A DNA stretch of 64,000 bases. Source: Gemmatimonadota bacterium (lineage in GTDB: Bacteria; Gemmatimonadota; Gemmatimonadetes; Longimicrobiales; RSA9). This document shows, one piece after another, positions 50,519-60,914 of the stretch; the stretch's first letter is position 1; each line of letters begins with the position of its first letter. Under the pieces are notes generated by a model that was not told the DNA's origin, ran no database searches, and was given only the letters and a program-made list of their open reading frames with translations. The position numbers and the translations under genes were made by a program. Location of the stretch: contig JADGQX010000001.1 of assembly GCA_017881445.1 (NCBI GenBank), forward strand, positions 1,942 through 65,941. Direction: 5' to 3'.

Positions 50519-52138
50519 ATGACGTGGCTCCAGCGGTACGATCCGCTCGGCAGCGCCGTGTTCTCGACCTGCGCCGCGGCGCTGCCCATCGTCGTCCTCC
50601 TGGGGGCGCTCGCCTCCCGGAAGGTGCGCGCCCACAACGCCGCGCTGCTGGGGATCGCCACGGCGCTGGTCGTGGCCATCGGCGTCATCCGCATGCCGGC
50701 GGGGCTCGCCCTCACTTCGGCGGCGTACGGCGCCGCCTACGGGCTCTTCCCCATCGGCTGGATCGTCCTCAACGTCATCTTCCTCTACCGCCTCACGCAG
50801 GAAGCCGGACGCTTCGACACCCTGCGACGCAGCCTGGGCGGGCTCACCACCGACCGCCGGCTCCAACTCGTGCTCGTCGCCTTCTGCCTGGGCGCCTTCT
50901 TCGAGGGCGCCGCCGGCTTCGGCACGCCCGTGGCCGTCTCCGCCGCGCTGCTCATCGGCCTGGGCTTTCCGCCCCTGGAGGCGTCGGCCTTCTCGCTCAT
51001 CGCCAACACCGCGCCCGTGGCCTTCGGCGCGCTGGGCACCCCGCTGGTCGCGCTGGCGGGCGTCACCGGCCTGGACCTGCGCGACCTCTCGGCCATGGTC
51101 GGCCGCCAGCTCGCGCCCTTCGGCATGATCATCCCCTTCTGGCTCGTCTGGGCCTACGCCGGCTGGCGCGGCGTCCGCGACCTCTGGCCCGCGCTGCTGG
51201 TGGCGGCCGTCAGCTTCACGCTGCCGCAGCTGCTGGTGTCCAACCTGCACGGCCCCTGGCTCGCCGCCATCGCCGGCTCGGTCCTCAGCCTGGTCTCCCT
51301 CGCCCTCTTCCTGCGCTGGTGGCGGCCGAAGCGGCCGTCGGGCGACGTCGCCAACGCCGAGCCCCTGCCGGCCCGCGGCGAGATCGTCCGGGCCTGGCTC
51401 CCCTGGGCGATCCTCAGCCTCATCGTGTTCGTCTGGGGGCTGCCCCAGATGCGCAAGGCACTGGACGGCTTCTCGGCGCTCAAGCTGCACGTGCCGCTGC
51501 TCGACGGCGCCAGCGTGCGCCTGCCGCCGGTCGTGCTCCACGCCACGCCGGAGCCGGCCATCTTCTCGCTCAACTGGCTCTCGGCCACCGGCTCCGGCAT
51601 CTTTCTGGCCGCCCTCGCCGCCGGCCTGCTCATGGGCGCCTCGCCCCTGCGCCTGGCCCGCACCTACCTGGCCACCATCCGGGGCGTGGCCAAGTCGCTC
51701 CTCACCATCTCGGCCATGATGGCCATCGGCTTCACCACGCGCTACTCCGGCATGGACGGCACCCTGGGCCTGGCCTTCGCCCACACCGGGCCGCTCTACC
51801 CCTTCTTCGGCACCCTGCTGGGCTGGCTGGGCGTGGCCATCACCGGGTCCGACACCTCGTCCAACGTCCTGTTCGGCTCGCTCCAGACCGTCACCGCGCA
51901 GCAGACCCACATCTCGCCCACCCTCATGGCCGCCGCCAACTCCGCCGGCGGCGTCATGGGCAAGATGATCGACGCCCAGAGCATCGTGGTGGCCAGCACC
52001 GCCACCGGCTGGCACGGCCACGAGGGCTCGATCCTGCGCTACGTCTTCAAGCACTCACTGGCGCTTGCGGTGCTCGTGGCGCTCTGGATCCTGCTCATGG
52101 CGTACGTCTGGCCCTTCAGCGCACTGGTGGTGCGCTGA
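50519..52138 (+). CDS. lctP: L-lactate permease (LctP family)
   Basis: ORF 50519..52138 (539 aa). It is polytopic. The N-terminus YDPLGSAVFSTCAAALPIVVLL, the motifs FFEGAAGFGTPVA and GSDTSSNVLFG resemble LctP/LldP. Confidence 0.9.
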   Translation: MTWLQRYDPLGSAVFSTCAAALPIVVLLGALASRKVRAHNAALLGIATALVVAIGVIRMPAGLALTSAAYGAAYGLFPIGWIVLNVIFLYRLTQEAGRFDTLRRSLGGLTTDRRLQLVLVAFCLGAFFEGAAGFGTPVAVSAALLIGLGFPPLEASAFSLIANTAPVAFGALGTPLVALAGVTGLDLRDLSAMVGRQLAPFGMIIPFWLVWAYAGWRGVRDLWPALLVAAVSFTLPQLLVSNLHGPWLAAIAGSVLSLVSLALFLRWWRPKRPSGDVANAEPLPARGEIVRAWLPWAILSLIVFVWGLPQMRKALDGFSALKLHVPLLDGASVRLPPVVLHATPEPAIFSLNWLSATGSGIFLAALAAGLLMGASPLRLARTYLATIRGVAKSLLTISAMMAIGFTTRYSGMDGTLGLAFAHTGPLYPFFGTLLGWLGVAITGSDTSSNVLFGSLQTVTAQQTHISPTLMAAANSAGGVMGKMIDAQSIVVASTATGWHGHEGSILRYVFKHSLALAVLVALWILLMAYVWPFSALVVR

Positions 52139-52196
52139 GGCAAGAGCCCGGCGATGCTGGGGGTGGTGCAGAGCTTCAGTGCCCTGGCGGCTTCTA

Positions 52197-53114
52197 TCAG
52201 GGGGCGCAGAGCGAGCGGATGCTGCGCGCGCTGTCCGCGGCCACACCGTCGAGCCGGGCCAGGTCGTCGCAGAGGTGGGAGAGCCGCGCGGCGGTGCGCT
52301 CGACGTACCCCTTGGTCTGGATCCGGACCACCGCTGCGGCAGGGGTTCCGCTCGAAAACACCTCGACGCGCGCCAGGTCCCACGCGCGGTGCGCGTTCAG
52401 CTCGGACCACGGGTAGTACTGGCGGATGCCATCCACGTACACGATCACCGGAACGGCCCACGTCCGGTACACCATTCGACCTTCGACCCTGGCGAACGCG
52501 TGACCGACGAGGCAGTCCTCCCCCATCAACAGCTCTGGAGGAGCAACCTCGCCATATCGCCCCAGGGACTGCCGCGGCGAGTCGTAGCTCGCGATCGAGG
52601 AGCAGGGCACGGTGGGGAGGTGCGCCTTCTCGCGTACGAAGGCGGCGGCGGAGGCGTCATCGAACGCGAGCAGCTGGTCGAGGCCGAAGACTCGCACTCG
52701 CATCCCGCCAGGCGTCGTGCGCTGCTTCGGCCGCGCGAGTGCCTCCACCGCCGCGAGCGGAACCGGCTTCGGCTGCATGCGGATGATCGGTTCGGCGCCG
52801 GATCCGGGCTCGACCGCCTGGGTTGCGTCCTCATAGCCAAGGGCCTGGACGAACGCGCTGGCCGGGTAGGAGGTGACACGCGCGAAGACGAAGCGACCGG
52901 CCGCATCGGTGAGGACGCGCTGCGGAGCGCCGCCGACCTGCACGACTGCGGCGCGGATCGGATCGCCGGTGAGCGCGTCCAGCACCCGTCCGCGTAGCAC
53001 GCGGGGCTCCGTCTGGGAGGCAGCGACTGAAGGGAGCGTGAGCAACAAACCGATGGTCGCCCGGAATACACCGGGCCTCAACCTGGCGATCGCGGCGCCG
53101 CGCTTCAACTGCAT
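52197..53114 (-). CDS. Secreted protein with an N-terminal carboxypeptidase-regulatory-like (CarboxypepD_reg) domain
   Basis: ORF 52197..53114. It has a signal peptide followed by LRGRVLDALTGDPIRAAVVQVGGAPQRVLTDAAGRFVF. The start lies 10 nt after the upstream OMP gene stop. Confidence 0.7.
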   Translation of the reverse strand: MQLKRGAAIARLRPGVFRATIGLLLTLPSVAASQTEPRVLRGRVLDALTGDPIRAAVVQVGGAPQRVLTDAAGRFVFARVTSYPASAFVQALGYEDATQAVEPGSGAEPIIRMQPKPVPLAAVEALARPKQRTTPGGMRVRVFGLDQLLAFDDASAAAFVREKAHLPTVPCSSIASYDSPRQSLGRYGEVAPPELLMGEDCLVGHAFARVEGRMVYRTWAVPVIVYVDGIRQYYPWSELNAHRAWDLARVEVFSSGTPAAAVVRIQTKGYVERTAARLSHLCDDLARLDGVAADSARSIRSLCAP

Positions 53115-53124
53115 GGTTGCGCCT

Positions 53125-53805
53125 CTACTGGAGCGAAGATGGCAACGCGCGCGTCGTCGTACCCTTCCCGTGCGAACCGATCGGGATCGAAAGCCCCGCG
53201 AACAGGATGAACGACCGGTTCTTGTTGTCGGACGGGGGCGTCGTGGCGCTAAGGCTCTTCAGCCCCAGGTCGTATCTCGCTTCGACCAGGCCGTCCAGCC
53301 TGGACGTCAACGGAAGCCCGACGCCGCCTCCGAACGTCAGGCCCACGTCGGTGTTGCTCACGTCCACCAGATCGCCGCAGCTCAGCGACGAGTTGAGCGC
53401 TCCGGCGTTTTCGACCTTGCAGCTCCCTTTGACCGCCAGGTACGGACCGGCGAAGACGTTCGGCTTGATGGGGGAGCTCCGGAGCGGGACCCTCACCTTC
53501 GCCAGCAGGGGGAACTCGGTGTAGGTCACCGCGAAGGTGCTCTGCACGCCATTGAGCGAATCGCCGGTGCCTTTCCGCACCCGCAGCACCTCGGCCTGAA
53601 GCGAGAGGATGCGGCTCACCGGCACCTCGAGGAAGGCACCGGTCGCGAAGCTGTTCAGGCCGGGAGCGCCCGCGTCGATCGGCCCGGCGACCGTGGAGTG
53701 GGACCAGCCGCCCTTCACGCCAACCGACTGGGCGCGTCCGGCGAACGGGATGGCCAGCGCCAGGGCAACCGCGACAAGCATCGGCAACCGCGAAGGCATC
53801 TTCAC
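53125..53805 (-). CDS. Outer-membrane beta-barrel protein (porin-family / OmpA-like barrel)
   Basis: ORF 53125..53805. The start is GTG with a GGAG SD. The signal peptide is (M)KMPSRLPMLVAVALALAIPFAGRAQS. The chain shows alternating strand patterns and GLTFGGGVGLPL. Confidence 0.8.
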   Translation of the reverse strand: MKMPSRLPMLVAVALALAIPFAGRAQSVGVKGGWSHSTVAGPIDAGAPGLNSFATGAFLEVPVSRILSLQAEVLRVRKGTGDSLNGVQSTFAVTYTEFPLLAKVRVPLRSSPIKPNVFAGPYLAVKGSCKVENAGALNSSLSCGDLVDVSNTDVGLTFGGGVGLPLTSRLDGLVEARYDLGLKSLSATTPPSDNKNRSFILFAGLSIPIGSHGKGTTTRALPSSLQ

Positions 53806-54226
53806 CTCTCCGCCTACTGTCGGGGGGCGACGCGACAGAGACCGTCAGCCGGTACTCAGCCACGTGAGCGAATGTTCCGCAGCCCGCGGGCAGTCGAGGC
53901 AGGAGAGGCCAGATGGCGGGACACGCGGAGCCGCTCATCGCGCGGAGGGCGGTCGAGCTGGCCCAGCGGTGCGAATCCGCCAATCGCGCGCCCCGTCCGA
54001 TCGATTGGCGACCTGGGTGCGCCAGGCGCACCCAATCCGCCAGCGGCCCGGGCGTCGTCACAACGCGTGGCGGTTTGAGTGCACCAGGCGCGCTCAAACC
54101 GCCAGCGCCGGTCGCCGCCGCGTCGCGTGGCGGATTCCGTTCGCGCCCGCCACGGGCCGGCGCACCCCGGGCCGGCGTCGGGGCTTCCATGCGCGCGCTC
54201 CCATCCCTGGCGGGCAGGAGGCAGCG

Positions 54227-54874
54227 CTAGTCCTGCCCGTCCCACTCCCGCAGGAAGCGCTCGACGAATGCGGCCATGTAGTCGTGCCTGACGGCCGCGA
54301 TGCGGCGTGCGGACTCCGTGTTCATGCGGTCGCGCAGCAGCAGCAGCTTCTCGTGGAAGTGGGCGAGCGTGGCGCCGCTCGACGTGCGGTAGGCTTCGAA
54401 GCTCTCGTGCAGGGCCGGCGCCTCCGCCGGCTCGTGCAGCGGCCGCCCGCGGCTGCCGCCGTAGGCGAAGGCGCGGGCGATGCCGATGGCGCCCAGGGCG
54501 TCCAGCCGGTCCGCGTCCTGGACGACGCGGCCCTCGACGGTGCGCATGGGCGTGGGCACGCCTGCGCCCTTGAAGGAGAGCGTGCCCACGATCTCGGCGA
54601 CGTGCTCGACCACCGGCGGCTCGACCCCGAGGGAACCGAGCCACTCCCGGGCGAAGCGCGGCGACGCTTCGGGGTCGCCGGAGAGCTTCCAGTCCTCCAC
54701 GTCGTGGAGCAGCGCCGCCAGCTCGACCACCAGGGGGTCGGCGCCCTCCTCCGCCGCCAGGCGGAGCGCGAGCCGGCGCACCCGCTCAACGTGCCACGCG
54801 TCGTGGCCGGAGGCGTCGCCGGCCAGGAGCTGGCGCACGCGGGCTTCCGTGCGGGCGACGACGTCGCCGGTCAT
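54227..54874 (-). CDS. HD-domain metal-dependent phosphohydrolase (YedJ-like)
   Basis: ORF 54227..54874. It carries GHDAWHVERV, ALLHDVED and QDADRLDALGAIG. There is an ATGA overlap with the ABC-F gene. Confidence 0.88.
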   Translation of the reverse strand: MTGDVVARTEARVRQLLAGDASGHDAWHVERVRRLALRLAAEEGADPLVVELAALLHDVEDWKLSGDPEASPRFAREWLGSLGVEPPVVEHVAEIVGTLSFKGAGVPTPMRTVEGRVVQDADRLDALGAIGIARAFAYGGSRGRPLHEPAEAPALHESFEAYRTSSGATLAHFHEKLLLLRDRMNTESARRIAAVRHDYMAAFVERFLREWDGQD

Positions 54875-56787
54875 GCGCCCCTCTTCTCCTCGAGCTCGGC
54901 CCAGCGGCCGTAGAGCGCATCCACGCGGGCCACAGCCGCGTCGTATTCCGCCCGCAGCCGGACCACGGTCGTGGCGTCGCTGTAGACGGCCGGATCGCCC
55001 AGCGCCTGGGCCAGCCGGTCGCGCTCCGCCTCGGCGCCGGGGATGAGCGACTCCACGTCCTCCAGCTCGCGCCCCTCCTTCCAGGACAGCTTCTTCCGGG
55101 GCACGGCCTCCGGCGGCGGGCGACGGGACTCAGGCGCCGGCCGCGCCGGCGCCGCGGCGGCGCGGGCGGCCTCACGCTCGTCGCGCAGCTTCCGGTACAG
55201 GTCGTAGCCGCCCTCGTGACGGTGGACGACGCCATCGCCCTCGAACACGAAGAGCGCCGTCGCCACCTTGTCCAGGAAGTAGCGGTCGTGGGTCACGGCG
55301 AGCACGCAGCCGGCGTAGTCGGCGAGCACCGCCTCGAGCACGCGCAGGGTGACCAGGTCCAGGTCGTTGGTGGGCTCGTCCAGGATCAGCAGGTTCGATT
55401 CCTGGAGCAGCAGCCTGGCCAGGAGCAGGCGGTTGCGCTCCCCGCCCGAGAGCGACCGCACCAGCTGGTCCTGCACGTCCGGCGGGAAGAGGAACTCGTC
55501 CAGGTAGGTGCGCAGGTGCACCTTGCGCTCGCCACCGCCCGGGTGGACCCATTCGGGCGCGTCCAGCGCCTCGTAGATGCTGCGGTCGGGGTCGAGGTCG
55601 CTGCGCGCCTGGTCGAAGTAGGCGATGCGCGTATTCAGCCCCAGCTCCACCTCGCCCGCGTCCGGCGGCTCCTCCCCCAGGATCAGCCGCAGCAGCGTGG
55701 TCTTGCCCACGCCGTTCGGACCGATGATGCCGATGCGCTCCCGGGCTTTCAGGATGGCGGAGAAATCGCGGATCAGGACGCGGGAGCCGTAGCCCTTGGC
55801 AATGTGGTGCAGGTTGACGATGGTGCGGCCGAGGCGCGGCGGCTCCGGCGCTGTGAGCGCCAGCTCGCGGCGGCGCGCCGCGCGCCGCTCCCGCTGGGCG
55901 GAGCGCAGCGCATCCAGGCGCTGCAACCGGCCCCGGCTCTTGCCCGTGCGGGCGGGCGGCGCGCGCCGCGCCCAGTCCAGCTCCTTCTCGATGAGCTTCG
56001 CCCGCTTCTGGTCCGCCGCCGCGTCGCGCTCCAGCTCCTGCGCCTTGGCCTCGAGGTATTCGGTGTAGCCGCCGTCGTAGCCGGCCAGGGCGTCACGGGA
56101 GACCTCGAGCATGCGGTCCACGACCCGGTCGAGGAAGTAGCGGTCGTGGGTGATGAGCATGACCGCGCCCGGGAAGTCCTCGAGGTACTCCTCCAGCCAG
56201 GCGACGGTGTCCGCGTCCAGGTGGTTGGTGGGCTCGTCCAGCAGCAGCAGGTCGGGCTCGGCCAGCAGCACCCGGGCCAGCGCCGCGCGCTTGCGCTCGC
56301 CGCCCGAGAGGTCGTCCACGGTGCGGTCCCAGCCCTCCAGGCCCAGGCGGGTGAGCACCGCTTCGATGCGGTGCTCGTAGTCCCAGCCGCCCAGCCGCTC
56401 GATCTCGGCCGCGAGATGCGCCTGCCGCTGCACCAGCCGGTCGTGGTCCGCCGCCGGGTCGGCAAGGCGGCCGGTCACCTCGTGCCAGGCGGTCACGGCG
56501 TCGCCCAGCTCGGGCCGCCCCGCGGCCACGGTCTCGAAGATGGTGCGCCCGCCCTCCAGCTCCGGCTCCTGGGCCAGGTAGCCGACGCGGGCGCCCCGGC
56601 GCAGCGCCAGCACCCCACTCTCCAGCCCCTCCGCTCCGCCCACGATGGCGAAGAGCGTGGACTTGCCGCTGCCGTTCGCCCCGATGAAGCCCACGCGCTC
56701 GCCCTCGTCCACGGCGAAGGAGACGCCGTCGAAGACGATGCGCGTGCCGTAGCTCTTACGGAGCTCCTGCACGTTCAGGATGTTCAT
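54871..56787 (-). CDS. ABC-F family ATPase (Uup-like, two NBDs, no TMD)
   Basis: ORF track 54871..57528, trimmed to ATG 56787 (MNILNVQELRKSYG). The first NBD shows GANGSGKST, LSGGERKR and LLLLDEPTNHLD. The second shows GPNGVGKTT, LSGGERNR and LLILDEPTNDLD. The tail is a C-terminal coiled-coil. Confidence 0.93.
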   Translation of the reverse strand: MNILNVQELRKSYGTRIVFDGVSFAVDEGERVGFIGANGSGKSTLFAIVGGAEGLESGVLALRRGARVGYLAQEPELEGGRTIFETVAAGRPELGDAVTAWHEVTGRLADPAADHDRLVQRQAHLAAEIERLGGWDYEHRIEAVLTRLGLEGWDRTVDDLSGGERKRAALARVLLAEPDLLLLDEPTNHLDADTVAWLEEYLEDFPGAVMLITHDRYFLDRVVDRMLEVSRDALAGYDGGYTEYLEAKAQELERDAAADQKRAKLIEKELDWARRAPPARTGKSRGRLQRLDALRSAQRERRAARRRELALTAPEPPRLGRTIVNLHHIAKGYGSRVLIRDFSAILKARERIGIIGPNGVGKTTLLRLILGEEPPDAGEVELGLNTRIAYFDQARSDLDPDRSIYEALDAPEWVHPGGGERKVHLRTYLDEFLFPPDVQDQLVRSLSGGERNRLLLARLLLQESNLLILDEPTNDLDLVTLRVLEAVLADYAGCVLAVTHDRYFLDKVATALFVFEGDGVVHRHEGGYDLYRKLRDEREAARAAAAPARPAPESRRPPPEAVPRKKLSWKEGRELEDVESLIPGAEAERDRLAQALGDPAVYSDATTVVRLRAEYDAAVARVDALYGRWAELEEKRGA

Positions 56788-58127
56788 GTCTCGGTCGGCG
56801 TGAACGCGCGCCAGGTCAGCTCCACGCCGGAGATGCAGGCACCCAGCCAGACGGCGCCCGCCGCGTACCCGCCCATCACGTCGCTGAAGTACTCGAGCCC
56901 CAGGTACAGGCGGCTGGCGCCGATGGCCAGCACGACGATGCCCGCCGCCACCACCAGCGCCACACGGCTCCAGACCCGCTCCAGCCGCAGCGTGGCCATG
57001 AGGTAGGTCAGCATGCCGTACGCCACCAGGCCGCCCAGGGCGTGCGGGCTGGGGAAGCTGAACTCGGCGCCTGTCGCGAACGGCTCCGGGAAGGGCGGCG
57101 CCGGCCGCCGCACCACGTGCTCCAGCGCCACCGCCAGGATGGCCCCGCCGGCCAGGCTCGCGATCCAGCCGAAGGCCGGGATCCGCTGCCGCCGGAAGAG
57201 CAGCCGCGACGTCACCGACAGGCCCAGCGCGATCAGCACGACGGGCGAGCCCAGGAAGGAGATGGCGCGCCCGGCGGCGATGCCCGCGGGCGTGGACACC
57301 GAGTTCAGCCAGCCGGCCAGGGCGAAGTCGAAGCGCACCAGCGGGGTCCCGCCCACCGCGTCCTCCAGCAGGGCGCCGAAGATCCAGAGCGCGATCAGGC
57401 TGAGGACGAGGCCCGCCGCCGCGTAGGCCGCCAGGAATCCCGTGGGCGAGAAGCGCCCCGACACCACCCGCCACGGCCGCGCAAGCGGTGGTTCCGCCGG
57501 CCGGGGGCCAGCCCTCAGCCGGTCCCACGCCCGCTCCATCACCGCTCCCGCCTCCGCCCGCCGCGGCCAGGCGAAGCGCACCAGGAACGCCACCAGCGCG
57601 AAGACCGCCACCAGCACCGCCAGCGTCAGCCCCGCCGCGGCCAGCCCCCGCTCCAGCCGAGGCAGGTTGCGGCCGAACAGGTAGCCCAGCCCGGAGAAAG
57701 ACCCCGCCCAGACCGTCGCGCCCACCGCGTTCCAGACCACGAACGAGCGGAACGGCATCCCCGCCATCCCGGCGGCGATGCCCAGGAACGATCGCACGAA
57801 GGCCACGAAACGCCCGCCCACCACCGCCTTGGCACCGTGGCGCGCGAAGAACGCGGTGGTGCGCTGCATCGCCGGTCCCCGGGCCCGCGCCGCCAGGCGC
57901 GCCCCGCTCCGGCCCATCCAGTACCCGCCCATCCCGCCGACCACACCCCCCAGCACGGACACGATCAGCACGGCCACCATCGACATGCGGCCGCCGGCGG
58001 CGAAGGCCGCCGCCGCCAGCACGATGGTCTCACCCGGCACGGGTATGCCCATGCTCTCCACGCAGATCAGCGCGAAGAGCAGGACCGGCCCGTACGCAGG
58101 GAGTGCCTGGATCAGGAAGCGGAACAC
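56784..58127 (-). CDS. DedA-family membrane protein fused to a PAP2-like domain
   Basis: ORF 56784..58127, starting at GTG 58127. The DedA half shows ESMGIPVPGE and GRFVAFVRSF. The PAP2-like half shows LEHVVRRP, PSPH and SRLYLGLEYFSD, with the motif residues K, G and H substituted. Confidence 0.88.
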   Translation of the reverse strand: MFRFLIQALPAYGPVLLFALICVESMGIPVPGETIVLAAAAFAAGGRMSMVAVLIVSVLGGVVGGMGGYWMGRSGARLAARARGPAMQRTTAFFARHGAKAVVGGRFVAFVRSFLGIAAGMAGMPFRSFVVWNAVGATVWAGSFSGLGYLFGRNLPRLERGLAAAGLTLAVLVAVFALVAFLVRFAWPRRAEAGAVMERAWDRLRAGPRPAEPPLARPWRVVSGRFSPTGFLAAYAAAGLVLSLIALWIFGALLEDAVGGTPLVRFDFALAGWLNSVSTPAGIAAGRAISFLGSPVVLIALGLSVTSRLLFRRQRIPAFGWIASLAGGAILAVALEHVVRRPAPPFPEPFATGAEFSFPSPHALGGLVAYGMLTYLMATLRLERVWSRVALVVAAGIVVLAIGASRLYLGLEYFSDVMGGYAAGAVWLGACISGVELTWRAFTPTET

Positions 58128-58268
58128 CTGGAGACCCGAAACAAGTTGGGCGAGCGTTTTCCTCGAGCCATCACGGGTTCGAGCGCCGCGAAACGTACGG
58201 TGCCGTGCCCCGCCTGCACAGCCCCCGCCCCCACGACCGTCGTCGTACGGCCGCGCCGGGGCGGGCGC

Positions 58269-60146
<1,878 letters not shown>

Positions 60147-60235
60147 TGAGGTTCGTCCTGCGCCAGACTAACCGCAGGCCGGACGCGACCGCAACGCCCG
60201 AGGGGCCGTGGACGCGGCTGCAGCGGATGTGAACG

Positions 60236-60265
60236 GCGCCCGGACGCGTGTTCGCGCCCGGGCGC
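60236..60265 (-). terminator. GC hairpin downstream of trxA
   Basis: GCGCCCGG (60236-60243) pairs with CCGGGCGC (60258-60265), with a 14-nt loop. It lies about 20 nt after the trxA stop. There is no clear U-tract on the minus strand. Confidence 0.3.
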
Positions 60266-60286
60266 TGTTTCGCTGCCGCGCCGGCC

Positions 60287-60625
60287 TCAGGCCACCGCCA
60301 GCTGCGCCTCGATCACCTTGCTCAGCTGCTGCTTCGGCACCGCCCCGATCACGCCGTCCACCGCCTCGCCGTCGCGGAAGATCCCGATCGTCGGGATGGA
60401 CCGGATGCCATAGCGCGCCGCCACCTCCGGGTTGTCGTCCACGTTCAGCTTGCCGAACGTCACCCGGCCGTCGTACTCCGTGGCCAGCTGCTCGATCACC
60501 GGACCCACCATCCGGCACGGCCCGCACCACGGCGCCCAGAAGTCCACCACCACCACGCCTTCCGCCTTCTCCACATCGCCCTCGAAGCTCCCGTCCGTGA
60601 GCTCCTTCACGTTCTTCGCGCTCAT
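60287..60625 (-). CDS. trxA: Thioredoxin
   Basis: ORF track 60287..60649, trimmed to ATG 60625 (GGGAGA SD 6 nt upstream). The sequence is MSAKNVKELTDGSF...VDFWAPWCGPCRM. Confidence 0.93.
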   Translation of the reverse strand: MSAKNVKELTDGSFEGDVEKAEGVVVVDFWAPWCGPCRMVGPVIEQLATEYDGRVTFGKLNVDDNPEVAARYGIRSIPTIGIFRDGEAVDGVIGAVPKQQLSKVIEAQLAVA

Positions 60626-60657
60626 CTCATTCTCCCGGTAGTGTTTCACCCTGCATA

Positions 60658-60686
60658 ACTATATAGTGATGTATGCCGGACGTCAA
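60658..60686 (-). promoter_or_regulatory. Near-consensus sigma-70 promoter of trxA
   Basis: The minus strand reads TTGACG (60686-60681), a 17-nt spacer, then TATAGT (60663-60658). It sits in a sharp AT-rich dip. The predicted TSS near 60651 gives a ~25-nt leader carrying the SD. Confidence 0.6.
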
Positions 60687-60914
60687 GGGGTCAAGGGGCA
60701 CACGCCGGGTACGGCAACGGCAGGATCACGCGGAGGCGCCAAGATCGCGGAGGACTGCCCGGTCAGGCCGTACGACGGGACAACCGTGGGATCAGGGGTC
60801 GGCACGGATTCAGCTTGATGTTCAACAACAACAGACTCCCGGCCGTGTCGGCTGCCGGCGGTCCGCCGGCATCGTGCTGACCCCGCTCAGCGGCCTCGGC
60901 GCCTCGGCGTGAGA

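Noticed and set aside
53913-54230. A 105-aa plus-strand ORF in the 420-bp gap.
   Set aside because: It is Arg/Ala/Gly/Pro-rich, has no SD, runs through four hairpins, and overlaps the HD gene stop. I treat the region as non-coding and structured.
58175-58185. GGGTTCGAGCG, which resembles a tRNA T-loop.
   Set aside because: The flanking bases cannot form the 5-bp T-stem (ACGGG against GCCGC). No acceptor or anticodon arms could be drawn. I saw no other tRNA-like sequence in the larger gaps.
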